Position numbers and translations under genes: made by a program | DNA from: Candidatus Magasanikiibacteriota bacterium | Lineage (GTDB): Bacteria > Patescibacteriota > Patescibacteriia > Magasanikbacterales > UBA922 | Assembly (NCBI GenBank): GCA_041674805.1 | Contig: JBAYVA010000001.1 | Location: forward strand, 326,612-390,611 | DNA: 64,000 bases | Reading direction: 5' to 3' | The notes under the pieces: model-generated | Database searches by the model: none | The model's input: the letters and a program-made list of their open reading frames with translations, nothing else | What the model was told of the DNA's origin: nothing | Shown: piece after piece, positions 45,934 to 58,198 of the stretch | Position numbering within the stretch: the stretch's first letter is position 1 | How the letters are laid out: each line of letters starts with the position of its first letter

Positions 45934-47289
45934 TTACTTTCTAAACTCCTTTATCAAATCTATCGCGCTATCCACATTATCTACTATCTGATAAAGCTCA
46001 TCATCTTCATCCCCTGTTGTTTCAAACTTATGTACAAATATTTTTTTGATAAAAATATGAAGTGGTCCCCAAAATTCATGACCAAAAAGAATAACTGGAA
46101 TACGCTCCATTTTTTTGGTTTGAATAAGAGTCAATACTTCAAACAATTGATGCAAAGTACCAAAACCACCCGGAAAAAAGACAAATGCTTTTGATGGCGC
46201 GGTAATAATCAGCTTGCGAGTAAAAGGAAAATTGAAACTAATCGCTTTTTTGACATAAGCATTATAATTTTCTTTGACACCATGTTTCATATTGATACCA
46301 ATAGAATCACCTCCCATTTCAAAAGCACCTTTGTTGGCAGCTTCCATAATTCCAGTACCACCACCAGTCACAGTAGCAAATTTGTTTTCAGCCAAAGCTC
46401 GACCAAGTTGGTAAGCTGATTCATAATACGGTGAATCTTTTTTCATAGATCTCGTACCAAGCACAGTTACATCTTCAACAAGGCCTGTCAAAAATTCAAA
46501 GCCTTCTACTAGCTCAGCCATGATTTTGAAAATTTTCCAATCCGTACCACCAGTTTCACAACGAAAATTGGTAGGGTCAAGTTCACAAATATTCTCTATA
46601 TCTTTTTGATCTTTGATAAATTCAAAAGCTTCTTCGGCTGTTTCTACTATGTGCCATCTATCTACATCTTTGTTTTTGATAGAACCAAATTTCATAGACT
46701 TTTCTTTTACAAAATCTACCAAAGGTTGCCAAAATTCTTTTCCAACCAAAATTATTGGTGAATGTTGCATATGTCCCAATTCCATCAAATCTACTACTTC
46801 AAAAAATTCATCCATCGTACCAAAACCGCCAGGAAAAAGCACAAAAGCATTGGACGGTGAAATAAGCATTACTTTACGAGTAAAGAAATAATAAAAAGCC
46901 GTCGAACTTTTTACGTAAGGATTGATACGTTGTTCAAAAGGAAGCTGAATATTTATACCAACAGAATCTCCACCTGCTTCAAAAGCTCCTTTGTTGGCAG
47001 CTTCCATAACGCCTGGTCCACCACCTGTCAAAGTCGTGAATCCACCTTTGGCCAACAAAGCACCAAGCTTTTCAGCCACTTGATAATATTTGTTTTCCGG
47101 TTTCAAACGAGCAGAACCCAAGATAGTTACTTCATTTTTCAATGATGACAAAAATTGATAACCTTCAACAAACTCAGACATGATACGAAAAATACGCCAT
47201 GACTCACGAAAATCTCCACTTTCATTCAAAGAATAACTAAAATCTTTTTTGGCGTTTTTTTGAATTTTTTCTATTGTTTCTTTTTTCAT
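45934..47289 (-). CDS. tandem-LOG (TIGR00730-like) fusion protein
   Basis: Two complete LOG-family domains, each with TGGGPGVMEA…PGGFGT(M/L)(D/H)E(F/L)FE motifs. Confidence 0.75.
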   Translation of the reverse strand: MKKETIEKIQKNAKKDFSYSLNESGDFRESWRIFRIMSEFVEGYQFLSSLKNEVTILGSARLKPENKYYQVAEKLGALLAKGGFTTLTGGGPGVMEAANKGAFEAGGDSVGINIQLPFEQRINPYVKSSTAFYYFFTRKVMLISPSNAFVLFPGGFGTMDEFFEVVDLMELGHMQHSPIILVGKEFWQPLVDFVKEKSMKFGSIKNKDVDRWHIVETAEEAFEFIKDQKDIENICELDPTNFRCETGGTDWKIFKIMAELVEGFEFLTGLVEDVTVLGTRSMKKDSPYYESAYQLGRALAENKFATVTGGGTGIMEAANKGAFEMGGDSIGINMKHGVKENYNAYVKKAISFNFPFTRKLIITAPSKAFVFFPGGFGTLHQLFEVLTLIQTKKMERIPVILFGHEFWGPLHIFIKKIFVHKFETTGDEDDELYQIVDNVDSAIDLIKEFRK

Positions 47290-47356
47290 AGAGTTTTCTC
47301 ATCCCGAGCTGGCGAAAGCACAGCGAGGGATCTTTCCTAAATTAAAATATTTTAAA

Positions 47357-48796
47357 TTAGACCCCCTCCACCAAACTCGCAAAATTTAATAATTTTTCTT
47401 CACCAAGTCTTGGTGCGATGATTTGCATACCAACTGGTAGATTTTTGCTATCTTTACCAACAGATATAGAAATACCAGGTAAGCCAGCAACAGCAGAAGG
47501 ACTAACAAAAATATCAGCTAAGTACATCGCCATCACATCGTCTTTTTTGGCACCAATCCCAAAAGCAGTAAAAGGTGAAGTCGGAGTAATAAGTAAATCT
47601 ACTTGAGCAAAAGCTTGATTAAAATCTTCAATAATAAGCGTGCGAACTTTTTGCGCTTTGGAGTAATAAGCATCATAATAACCAGATGACAAACTATAAG
47701 TTCCGACCATGATACGACGCTTCACTTCTTCTGGGAAACCTTCTCCACGTGATTTTGCATAAATATTGTACAAATCTTTGGCTTCTTCTGATCTTACACC
47801 ATAGCGGACACCATCAAGACGACCAAGATTCGAACTGTCTTCACTAGGCACAATAATATAATAAACAGGAATACCATATTTAGTATATGGCAAAGAAACT
47901 TCTTTGAACTCTACTTCCAATTCTGTATGAGCTTTTATTTTTTCAATTTTTTCTTCAACAATTTTTCTAGTTTCTTCATTCATACCATCAATGTTGAAAT
48001 ACTCTTGTGGTAAACCAATAACAAATTTTTCTTTTTTATTTAAATTTTTACTATATTCTGGCACTTCATCTGACACAGTCGTAGCATCTTTTGCATCTAT
48101 TCCAGCTATTACTTCCATAAGTATCGCAATATCTTCCACCGTCTTACCCATCGGTCCAACAGTATCTAGTGAACTAGCCATCGGCATAATACCATAGCGA
48201 GAATTACGACCATAACTAGGACGAAGTCCGACAATTCCACAAAAACTAGCTGGCTGACGAATAGAACCACCAGTATCTTCGGCAATACTAAAAATACACT
48301 GATGATCAGCTACCGCAGCAGCAGAACCACCAGAAGAGCCACCAGCAACTTTGGTCAGATCATGTGGATTGGCGACTGGTCCATACATCGAATTTTCATT
48401 ACTAGCTCCATGTCCAAAAGCATCACAATTATTTTTACCAAGTAGCACTGCACCTTGAGCACGAATTTTGGAAATGACAGTAGCTTCAAAAGGTGGAATA
48501 TAATTATCCAAAATTTTCGCCGATCCAGTAGAACGTAAATCAAGAGTATCAATAGCATCTTTGACCGCAAAAGGAATACCAGTCAATATTTGTTGTTGAC
48601 CATCAGCAATCATCTTATCGGCTTTCGCAGCTTCCGACAAAGCACTTTCTTCAAAAACTGAAATAAACGCATTTATTTCTCCATTACGTTCTTTTATTCT
48701 TTCCAAACAGCTTTTAGTCAATTCAACTGAGGTAAATTCCCCACTCTTCAAACCTTCGTAAGCTTGTTTGATTGTAAGTTCATTCAAATTTTTCAT
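47357..48796 (-). CDS. gatA: Glu-tRNA(Gln)/Asp-tRNA(Asn) amidotransferase subunit A
   Basis: Amidase signature GGSSGGSAAAVA with the Ser-cisSer-Lys triad context. gatC lies immediately upstream. Confidence 0.9.
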   Translation of the reverse strand: MKNLNELTIKQAYEGLKSGEFTSVELTKSCLERIKERNGEINAFISVFEESALSEAAKADKMIADGQQQILTGIPFAVKDAIDTLDLRSTGSAKILDNYIPPFEATVISKIRAQGAVLLGKNNCDAFGHGASNENSMYGPVANPHDLTKVAGGSSGGSAAAVADHQCIFSIAEDTGGSIRQPASFCGIVGLRPSYGRNSRYGIMPMASSLDTVGPMGKTVEDIAILMEVIAGIDAKDATTVSDEVPEYSKNLNKKEKFVIGLPQEYFNIDGMNEETRKIVEEKIEKIKAHTELEVEFKEVSLPYTKYGIPVYYIIVPSEDSSNLGRLDGVRYGVRSEEAKDLYNIYAKSRGEGFPEEVKRRIMVGTYSLSSGYYDAYYSKAQKVRTLIIEDFNQAFAQVDLLITPTSPFTAFGIGAKKDDVMAMYLADIFVSPSAVAGLPGISISVGKDSKNLPVGMQIIAPRLGEEKLLNFASLVEGV

Positions 48797-48836
48797 AATA
48801 TAAAAATTTCCGCGTCTATCCGCGTTTGTATCTTAA

Positions 48837-49139
48837 TTATTCCGCGTCTACAAAAACGGCATCCACCTTCAACAAATCACCAGACTTTTTAGGAAAAAGA
48901 TCAATCAATTTTTGTCTCTTTTCTTCAGATGATTCAATGACAATATCTTCACGAACCACATCTTCTAGACCAGTTACTTGGGTAGTTTCTTTGACACCAT
49001 CAGTATTCACTTCGGACAACATATTGATATAACCAAAAACAGCGGACAATTGTTCACTATACATCTCTACTTTTTCCTCCTCTAACTGCAAACGAGCCAA
49101 AGTAGCTATTTGCTGTATTTGTTCTTTATCTAGATTCAT
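48837..49139 (-). CDS. gatC: Glu-tRNA(Gln) amidotransferase subunit C
   Basis: About 100 aa, MNLDKEQIQQIATLARLQLEEEK… typical GatC, upstream of gatA. Confidence 0.8.
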   Translation of the reverse strand: MNLDKEQIQQIATLARLQLEEEKVEMYSEQLSAVFGYINMLSEVNTDGVKETTQVTGLEDVVREDIVIESSEEKRQKLIDLFPKKSGDLLKVDAVFVDAE

Positions 49140-49337
49140 AAATAAGATTTATAATAGAAATATTATAACAAGATGGTATAGATATTGCAAGATAACAAAA
49201 ACTTGACTGATTCTGTATAAAATAATATGATAAATACAGCACGGAGAAAGGTGGTATAATCGACCCCCATCGATTGAGTACCCACTCACCACTTCTCTCC
49301 GTGCCCCCTTCATATATTGAAAAAAATCTCTAAAAAC

Positions 49338-49373
49338 AAAACATTCCTTTTTATTTAAGGAATGTTTTTTTAT
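49338..49373. terminator. bidirectional terminator hairpin
   Basis: aaacattcctt-tttattt-aaggaatgttt stem followed by TTTTT. Confidence 0.6.
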
Positions 49374-49384
49374 CAAAATCTTAA

Positions 49385-49813
49385 TTATTTCAAATATTCT
49401 TTTACACTAAGTATTGCTTTCCTGTCTTGAGGCAAAAAATTATATTCTTCCATATTATCCATATTTACCCATGCATAATTTTTATGTTCATGACTCAGCT
49501 TAACTTCTGAGACATCATCACATTCACATAAATAATAAACTCCAACAATCTGCCAATTTTCCTCTGGAAAAGGTTTTGGCATCCAATGATCCACAAAAAA
49601 TGGCTTATAGTTTTTTACTTTTAAACCAGTTTCTTCAAATACTTCACGCTCTAATCCTTCGAAAGGATGCTCTCCAAAATTCAGACGTCCACCAGGAAAT
49701 TGCCATTTACCATCATTTACATGTTCTCTGTCGCTTTTTCCTTCTTGCAAAACAAGAGTTTTACCATCATGTATAATTATCCCCTTACTGGCAACAAATA
49801 ATTTTTGTATCAT
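49385..49813 (-). CDS. NUDIX hydrolase
   Basis: Nudix box GGRLNFGEHPFEGLEREVFEETGL. Confidence 0.75.
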   Translation of the reverse strand: MIQKLFVASKGIIIHDGKTLVLQEGKSDREHVNDGKWQFPGGRLNFGEHPFEGLEREVFEETGLKVKNYKPFFVDHWMPKPFPEENWQIVGVYYLCECDDVSEVKLSHEHKNYAWVNMDNMEEYNFLPQDRKAILSVKEYLK

Positions 49814-49817
49814 ATGT

Positions 49818-51887
<2,070 letters not shown>

Positions 51888-51952
51888 TTAATAAAATTGA
51901 GATAAAATAGAGATACGTCGAGATAAATTTAATGTGTAATTAGTACCGAATG

Positions 51953-52729
51953 TCAAAATATCAATCGTAAATACCACTCCAAAATCTGATTACCCAAAAA
52001 CATAGTAATAATAGTAGCCACAGTTAAATATGTTCCAAAAGCTACTTCTGCTTTCATTTCTTTTTTCTTACGCATTACCAAGAATATACTAATAATACCA
52101 CCAATGACATAAGCAAGCCAGAGAGCTAAAATAACTAATTTCCAACCCAATAAAATACCCATCAAAAAGCCAATTCTAATATCACCACCACCAACCCATT
52201 TACCTTTGGAAACTACAAATTGCAAAAGAAAAAAACCAGCACCAATCATCGCCCCAAGCAACATAGACAACCAACTAGAACCCAAAAACAAAGCTAAAAC
52301 AAAAAATATTACAGCGCTTCCCATTGTCATAATATCTGAGACTTCCAAATATTTCATATCATAAACAAAAATAAATACCAAGACAAACATAGCCAAACAA
52401 TCTCTCACAATAGACAAAACTGAAAAATCACCAATAAATGTATAATAATAAAAAACAAAAGAAAACAATAAACCCAAAATCAATTCGACTCTAGGATACT
52501 GACAAGAAATCTTGGTCTGACAATTACGACATTTACCACGCAAAAAAATAAAACTAAATAACGGAATATTATCATACCATTTGATATTACTTTTACAATT
52601 TGGACACATAGACCTAGTAGTCAGAGAAATATTATTTTTCAATCTCCATTCCAAAGCATTGAGAAAACTCCCAAAAACAATACCAAGTACAAACAATAAT
52701 AAAAAACCTAAAAAAGTATAAACAAACAT
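51953..52729 (-). CDS. pilD: prepilin peptidase (A24 family, PilD-like)
   Basis: N-terminal zinc-binding CxxC pairs (CPNCKS…CRNCQT) and the conserved membrane aspartate context …KWVGGGDIRIGFLMG. Confidence 0.75.
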   Translation of the reverse strand: MFVYTFLGFLLLFVLGIVFGSFLNALEWRLKNNISLTTRSMCPNCKSNIKWYDNIPLFSFIFLRGKCRNCQTKISCQYPRVELILGLLFSFVFYYYTFIGDFSVLSIVRDCLAMFVLVFIFVYDMKYLEVSDIMTMGSAVIFFVLALFLGSSWLSMLLGAMIGAGFFLLQFVVSKGKWVGGGDIRIGFLMGILLGWKLVILALWLAYVIGGIISIFLVMRKKKEMKAEVAFGTYLTVATIITMFLGNQILEWYLRLIF

Positions 52730-52793
52730 AAATTAAAGATAATAAATAATCAGCACTTTTGACTAACAAATTATAACATATTTTTTCAACTTA

Positions 52794-52822
52794 AAAAAGT
52801 CCTTTTTCAAGGACTTTTTTAA
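52794..52822 (-). terminator. Rho-independent terminator downstream of the pilin gene
   Basis: aaagtcctt-tttca-aggacttt stem flanked by A/T runs. Confidence 0.6.
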
Positions 52823-52841
52823 CAAGTATAATATGATAATA

Positions 52842-53291
52842 TTATTGCATCATACCTGATTCAGTAGCTGTAACAAAACCAGCATCAAAACCACCAGTAC
52901 CCAATTCTAAATCAACAGAAATAGTATAAGAATCACCATTATTTACTGAATTGTAAACATAACTTTTATCAGCATCAGGATCAGCAGGAACTAGACCCAT
53001 ATAAAGTGATGCATCAGGTGATGTACAAGTAGCTGCAAAACCACTAGAGTCTAAACATACAGAACTAGCTGTTGCACTTCCTAACACTAAGTTAGTACTT
53101 GTAGGATATGAATTTTGATCTGTGTAAAATAATTCCAAAGCAGTTTGAATTTGCTTAACATCAGAAAGACGTTTAGCATCATTAGCTTTTTGACGTGCTG
53201 AACCCAAAGCAACTACCGCTAAAGTAGACAAAACACCTATGATAGCGATAACAACCAAAAGTTCAATCAACGTAAAACCTTTTTTATTCAT
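52842..53291 (-). CDS. type IV pilin / pseudopilin (prepilin-type N-terminal cleavage/methylation domain)
   Basis: KGFTLIELLVVIAIIGVLSTLAV class III signal and N-terminal helix. The likely start is MNKKG. Confidence 0.75.
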   Translation of the reverse strand: MNKKGFTLIELLVVIAIIGVLSTLAVVALGSARQKANDAKRLSDVKQIQTALELFYTDQNSYPTSTNLVLGSATASSVCLDSSGFAATCTSPDASLYMGLVPADPDADKSYVYNSVNNGDSYTISVDLELGTGGFDAGFVTATESGMMQ

Positions 53292-53343
53292 TTTTATCAC
53301 CCCCTTCCACTGTTTTATATAATAAATTCATAACAACTTATTA

Positions 53344-53724
53344 CTAAATTTGTAAAATCTTTTTGACTTTTTCTACAGTTTCAGAAGGCTTAAAATGAGC
53401 CTTGATTAGATAATCTACAGCACCCAACTCAAGACCTTTTTCTACATCATCCTTTTGACCTAAATTAGTCAATAATATAACAGGTATATTTACAGTATTC
53501 TTATCTTTTTTCAAATTTTCTAAAACAGTAAAACCATCCATCTTTGGCATTAGTACATCAAGCAAAATTATATCTGGTTTTTTCTTTTTTGCCATTTCCA
53601 ATCCTTCTTGTCCATCTTTGGCCAAAATTATTTTAAATTTTTCTAATTCAAATTTAGTTTTGTAGATATTTCCTAAAAAATTATCATCTTCTACCAAAAG
53701 TACTGTTGGAACTGTATTTTTCAT
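53344..53724 (-). CDS. response regulator receiver (CheY-like, single domain)
   Basis: VLLVEDDNFLGNIY…IILLDVLMPKMDGF…LLTNLGQKDD…, with the phospho-acceptor Asp in LDVLMP. Confidence 0.7.
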   Translation of the reverse strand: MKNTVPTVLLVEDDNFLGNIYKTKFELEKFKIILAKDGQEGLEMAKKKKPDIILLDVLMPKMDGFTVLENLKKDKNTVNIPVILLTNLGQKDDVEKGLELGAVDYLIKAHFKPSETVEKVKKILQI

Positions 53725-53802
53725 AATTTAATTATTTAACTATATACATTTAGATTATAACAAAATATAACTATAAACAACAAGTCTTCTGTGGATAATA
53801 CT

Positions 53803-54948
53803 TTAAAAATTTCTTAAAGCCAAACCAATAGAAACAGACATTCTTGGACCCAAATCATCTAACATTTTTTTTATTCCATCTTGATGTATAACTCTTGCCC
53901 AAGGATTGCCAACAAAAATTTTCATATCAAATTCTTTGGCTATATAATCTTTTATCAAAGGAAACAAACTAGAACCACCTGTCAAAATAATTTTTTCTGG
54001 TTTTTTGCCAATATTACCACTTTGTCGCAAATACAAGTCAAAACTATATTTTATTTCTTTGATAATTGGATCCAAAACTGGTAAAAAATCATCCAAACTC
54101 AATTGATTATGAATACCTGATAAACTTATTTTTATTTTTTTAGCTTCTTCTACTGAAGTACCCAAAGAAGTGGCTAAAACTTTATCAAAATCATTACCAC
54201 CAATATGCAAACTTCTATAAGTCATTGGCGTAGCATTGTCTACAATAAAAAAATTAGTACGCTCTGCTCCTACGTCCAAAACCATAGTAACCATCTTGTC
54301 TAAACCAACCAAAGATCTAGTCAAAGCAAAAGCTTCTGTTTCTAGTTCCATCAATTCAAGACCAGCTTTTTGAAAAATAATAGAATAAAAAGAAATCAAT
54401 ATTTTTGGGGCAGCTGTCACTAGCATTGTAATGTTACCATTGTTATTTTCTGTTGGAATTCTTTGGGGAATAATTTGCATTTCTTCTATAGGAAAAGGAA
54501 TCATCTTCGCTACTTCTGCTTTTATAATATTTGGGATCATTTTTTCTTCTACTTTCGGCAAATTGATAACTGTATGAAAAACTTGTGAAACAGGCAAACT
54601 AGCAGAAGAATACTTAGTATCTACTTTACTTTGTTTGACCAAAAATTTTAGCATCTCAGCATATTCATTGATACGTGTATCTTTTGATAAAATATCTTGA
54701 ATAACATTCAAATCTAATTTAGAATTATTATTTTTGACTTCTTGTAAAGGATTTACATTATCAGAAATTCTAGACAATTCTTCAATATCTTTATTTTTGA
54801 CATAAACACTACTAAGATGTACATCTAGATTTTTGTCCAAAATACCATAAGTCCAAAGTTGTGGACGACCTTTGGTATTTTTGATTTCTACCAACTTGAT
54901 ACCATGAGCACCAATATCTACACCTAAATAACTTTTTGCTTTTGACAT
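53803..54948 (-). CDS. pilM: type IV pilus assembly protein PilM
   Basis: Actin-like ATPase fold; N-terminus SYLGVDIGAHGIKLVEIKN typical of PilM. Confidence 0.75.
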   Translation of the reverse strand: MSKAKSYLGVDIGAHGIKLVEIKNTKGRPQLWTYGILDKNLDVHLSSVYVKNKDIEELSRISDNVNPLQEVKNNNSKLDLNVIQDILSKDTRINEYAEMLKFLVKQSKVDTKYSSASLPVSQVFHTVINLPKVEEKMIPNIIKAEVAKMIPFPIEEMQIIPQRIPTENNNGNITMLVTAAPKILISFYSIIFQKAGLELMELETEAFALTRSLVGLDKMVTMVLDVGAERTNFFIVDNATPMTYRSLHIGGNDFDKVLATSLGTSVEEAKKIKISLSGIHNQLSLDDFLPVLDPIIKEIKYSFDLYLRQSGNIGKKPEKIILTGGSSLFPLIKDYIAKEFDMKIFVGNPWARVIHQDGIKKMLDDLGPRMSVSIGLALRNF

Positions 54949-55030
54949 AAAAAAATAAATTAGATATTTGTATTATATCACAAACTACTACAAACACACA
55001 ACAATCTTTACAACTAATTACTAAACAAAA

Positions 55031-55987
55031 TTAATTGGCAGACATCTGCAAACCACTTTCATCCAAATTCAAAGATATATCACCTTGCAAATCTGTACGC
55101 CAAATAGTACTAGAAGTAACAATTCTTTCCAGACGTTTCAAAACACGACGAGAAGGATGACCAAACTTATTTTCCAAACCACAAGAAACAACAGATTGTT
55201 CTGGAGTTACTACCTGCAAAAATTCTTCAATAGAAGAACTATCACTACCATGATGTCCTAATTTCAAAATATCACTATCCAATTGTTTGCCATATATTGA
55301 AAGAAGATACTTTTCTAATTCTTCTTCAGCATCACCCATAAAAAGTAAATTCTTGTCTAAATAAAACAATTTGAAAACAATCGAAGTATTATTGCCATTG
55401 GCCTCTGACTTAGTATTGGGAATATTTTTGTTTTCTTTCAAGGAATGATCCGGATAAAAAAAATGCAAAGTTGTACTAGCAATATCTACGACTTCTTCTT
55501 TGTCTACTTCTATATAATTTGCTCCTTCATTTTGCACAGCTTGCCAAAATGACAACCACATTTTATCAGAATTTTTTTCCAAACCATTATAAATAATATT
55601 TTTGATACTAAACCTTTGCAAGACTTCTTCACAACCACCATAGTGATCCAAATCTGGATGAGTAATCATCAAATAATCCAAATCTTTGTCATAATAAGGC
55701 ATCACTCTTTCCAGAGCCTCTAAAACACGTCCATCCATAGAACAATCAATCAACATTTGTTCACCATTGGGAAAATTGACAAAACTAGCATCTCCTTGTC
55801 CAATATCTAAATAAGTTACTTGCAAAGTATCTGTTATCTTTTTACTTGCCACTTCTTCTAACTTGTTATTTTCAGTTATTTTTTCTTTTTTCAAAAAAAA
55901 TAACATAAATAAAATCACACACAAAACAATAAAGACAAACCAAAATATTTTTTTCATATTTTTTAAAATATAATTTATAAAAAACAA
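55031..55987 (-). CDS. MBL-fold metallo-hydrolase (ComEC C-terminal lactamase-like domain, stand-alone)
   Basis: N-terminal TM helix and metallo-beta-lactamase motif LQVTYLDIGQGDA…ITHPDLDHYGG. Confidence 0.65.
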   Translation of the reverse strand: MFFINYILKNMKKIFWFVFIVLCVILFMLFFLKKEKITENNKLEEVASKKITDTLQVTYLDIGQGDASFVNFPNGEQMLIDCSMDGRVLEALERVMPYYDKDLDYLMITHPDLDHYGGCEEVLQRFSIKNIIYNGLEKNSDKMWLSFWQAVQNEGANYIEVDKEEVVDIASTTLHFFYPDHSLKENKNIPNTKSEANGNNTSIVFKLFYLDKNLLFMGDAEEELEKYLLSIYGKQLDSDILKLGHHGSDSSSIEEFLQVVTPEQSVVSCGLENKFGHPSRRVLKRLERIVTSSTIWRTDLQGDISLNLDESGLQMSAN

Positions 55988-56035
55988 ACACCACTCATTA
56001 GTGCTGTTTGAAAAAAACTCCTACTTTCATAAATA

Positions 56036-56623
56036 TTATTTAAAACTAGCCACAAAAGTTCCTTTGGCCTTTGTCTTTGCACTACTCAAATCAAAAGTAC
56101 CACAAACTTGAGAATCATTCATCGCCAAAATTTCTGCTTGACCAGCATTCATACCCAAAAGAGCATTAGTAGCATTTGGACCAACTGGCAAATACATTTC
56201 AGCTGTTACCCAATAAGAATTACCATAACCAGAAGTTGGATCATAAATAGCTACGTCTACTGCAGAACTAGCATTACTAAACACTAGGCCAAAGACACCA
56301 ACACCATTTTCTTCACCTTTTACAGGACTATTTAAACCTGTTAATTTACTAATAGAAAAATCTTTGTTAGAAATATATATATACAATCTACCACTTTGTT
56401 TTTTTGCTTTGGCATAGACAAAAGTTGTCGCATCAAATGGTCCACCTTCCACAAAAGAAACATCTGATGAAATCAAATTTTCTATAGTTGTGATACTAGG
56501 ACAACCTACTAAATTTTCAGACACAGGCAATTCTGCACTATTGTTTTCTACTGAACTACAACCAGCACCAACAAACAAAAATATTATTAAAAATACAAAT
56601 ATTTTACTAAAATTTTTTATCAT
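56036..56623 (-). CDS. hypothetical lipoprotein
   Basis: Signal peptide with lipobox FVGAGCSS; about 170-aa mature part with no known motif. It lies between the two ComEC halves. Confidence 0.45.
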   Translation of the reverse strand: MIKNFSKIFVFLIIFLFVGAGCSSVENNSAELPVSENLVGCPSITTIENLISSDVSFVEGGPFDATTFVYAKAKKQSGRLYIYISNKDFSISKLTGLNSPVKGEENGVGVFGLVFSNASSAVDVAIYDPTSGYGNSYWVTAEMYLPVGPNATNALLGMNAGQAEILAMNDSQVCGTFDLSSAKTKAKGTFVASFK

Positions 56624-56653
56624 AAAAATATTTAAAAATAAGACTTATTTAGT

Positions 56654-58162
56654 TTATCTTTTTATAATTTTCTTGTCAAATTTTTTTATATAAAAAACAA
56701 GTAACAAGTATAAAGTAATCATGAGCCACAAAGGAATAGACAAATCAATCGTCGCAAAATGCAAATTTGAAAAAAAAGTTACTACCACCACAATATACTT
56801 CATTGCAACAAAAGACAACCAAGACAACACCTCAGCCACAGGTGCAAAAATAAAACTGAAAACTAAAACAAAAAAACCACTAAACATTATCCAAGGTAAA
56901 ATCCATAAAATCAAAATATTTACCACAGGCGCGACAATAGACAAACGATTGAATTGATAAAGTATTAGTGGCAAAGTAGCTACAATCGCTGAAATAGTGG
57001 TTAATAAAGATGCTTTGATACCAAAAAATTCTGGAATTTTTTGAAATTTACGCTCCAAAATTGGTGACAAATAAACAAGACCCAAAGTAGAAATAAAAGA
57101 CAATTGAAAACCAGCATCCCAAATCAAAACATAAGGATTTTGTAAAGCCATAATAAAAGCTGTCAAAATCAACACATTGGCAATATGAGCTTTTCGACCA
57201 ATTTGTTTTGTGAGTAAAACAATAATTCCCATAATCCCCGCTCTCACTACTGAAGCACTTGCACCTGCAAAAATTACAAAAGTAATTATACCAAAAACAA
57301 TCAAATAAAAAGCTTTCTTACGTGGGATATACAAATAAGTACAAAGTGAAATCAAAATAGAAGAAACAATAGTAATATTATAACCAGAAATAGCCACAAT
57401 ATGAGTGACACCTGTCCGACTAAATAATTCATTCAATTCTCCCAGTCCACCACGATAACCATACAAAAGTCCAGCCATAAAACTAGCATAAGGTTCGTGC
57501 CAAATAATATTTATTTTACTAGCGATGCTACTTTTAAAAGCAAATATTTTGGAAAAAAACCACTTACCTTGATTGATAGCTATTCTTTCTATACTACTAG
57601 GCATACAAACCACAAAAACATCATAACGAGCCAAATATTTGTCATAACGAAAAGATTCTACTGGTTCTGGTTTTTGCAAAGTACAGGCTACTTTCAATTT
57701 GTCACCGTAATTATAACGTGGATACAAACTATGTTTTAAATACACTTTACCTTTTACTTCTGTTTTATTTATAAAAAAATTTTTATTATTTTGATCATAG
57801 ATATTTTCTACAGATAAAATATATCTTACTCCATCTAGTCTAATATCTGGTTCTGCACTTACCACAGCTTCTACTATTTTATTTTCCCCTAAATAAAATA
57901 GTAAATTATTTTGATTATTATTAGGTATAGTAACCAGATAACGCCAAATACCTAAAGAAAAAAACAAACAACACAATAAAACAAAACGCGTTTTTTTATT
58001 TTGCCAAAAAATAACTAACAAAAATAATAAAACAAAAAAAATTAGATACAAGTAAAATTTATCAAAATGCGAATCATAAATAGATTGGAAAGCAACAGAC
58101 AATAAAAAAGAAAAACAAAACATAAAAAATGTTTTGCTTTTTGAATTCAATAATTTAGACAT
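56654..58162 (-). CDS. comEC: ComEC/Rec2 DNA-uptake channel (membrane competence domain, lacking the C-terminal MBL domain)
   Basis: N-terminal OB/DUF4131-like region followed by a polytopic 'Competence' domain (…SRTGVTHIVAISGYNITIVSSIL…). Confidence 0.7.
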   Translation of the reverse strand: MSKLLNSKSKTFFMFCFSFLLSVAFQSIYDSHFDKFYLYLIFFVLLFLLVIFWQNKKTRFVLLCCLFFSLGIWRYLVTIPNNNQNNLLFYLGENKIVEAVVSAEPDIRLDGVRYILSVENIYDQNNKNFFINKTEVKGKVYLKHSLYPRYNYGDKLKVACTLQKPEPVESFRYDKYLARYDVFVVCMPSSIERIAINQGKWFFSKIFAFKSSIASKINIIWHEPYASFMAGLLYGYRGGLGELNELFSRTGVTHIVAISGYNITIVSSILISLCTYLYIPRKKAFYLIVFGIITFVIFAGASASVVRAGIMGIIVLLTKQIGRKAHIANVLILTAFIMALQNPYVLIWDAGFQLSFISTLGLVYLSPILERKFQKIPEFFGIKASLLTTISAIVATLPLILYQFNRLSIVAPVVNILILWILPWIMFSGFFVLVFSFIFAPVAEVLSWLSFVAMKYIVVVVTFFSNLHFATIDLSIPLWLMITLYLLLVFYIKKFDKKIIKR

Positions 58163-58198
58163 AGCCCCTCTTCTATGATTTAAATTTTAATTTAATAA

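Noticed and set aside
49210-49300. T-box riboswitch upstream of gatC
   Set aside because: A manual comparison to the T-box consensus (AGGGTGGNACCGCG) did not fit on either strand, and the surrounding leader length and specifier context are not evident.
49149-49376. 75-aa minus-strand ORF between the NUDIX gene and gatC
   Set aside because: The translation has no coding-like features, and the DNA is dominated by a long GC-rich stem-loop and a terminator hairpin. It is treated as a non-coding structured region instead.
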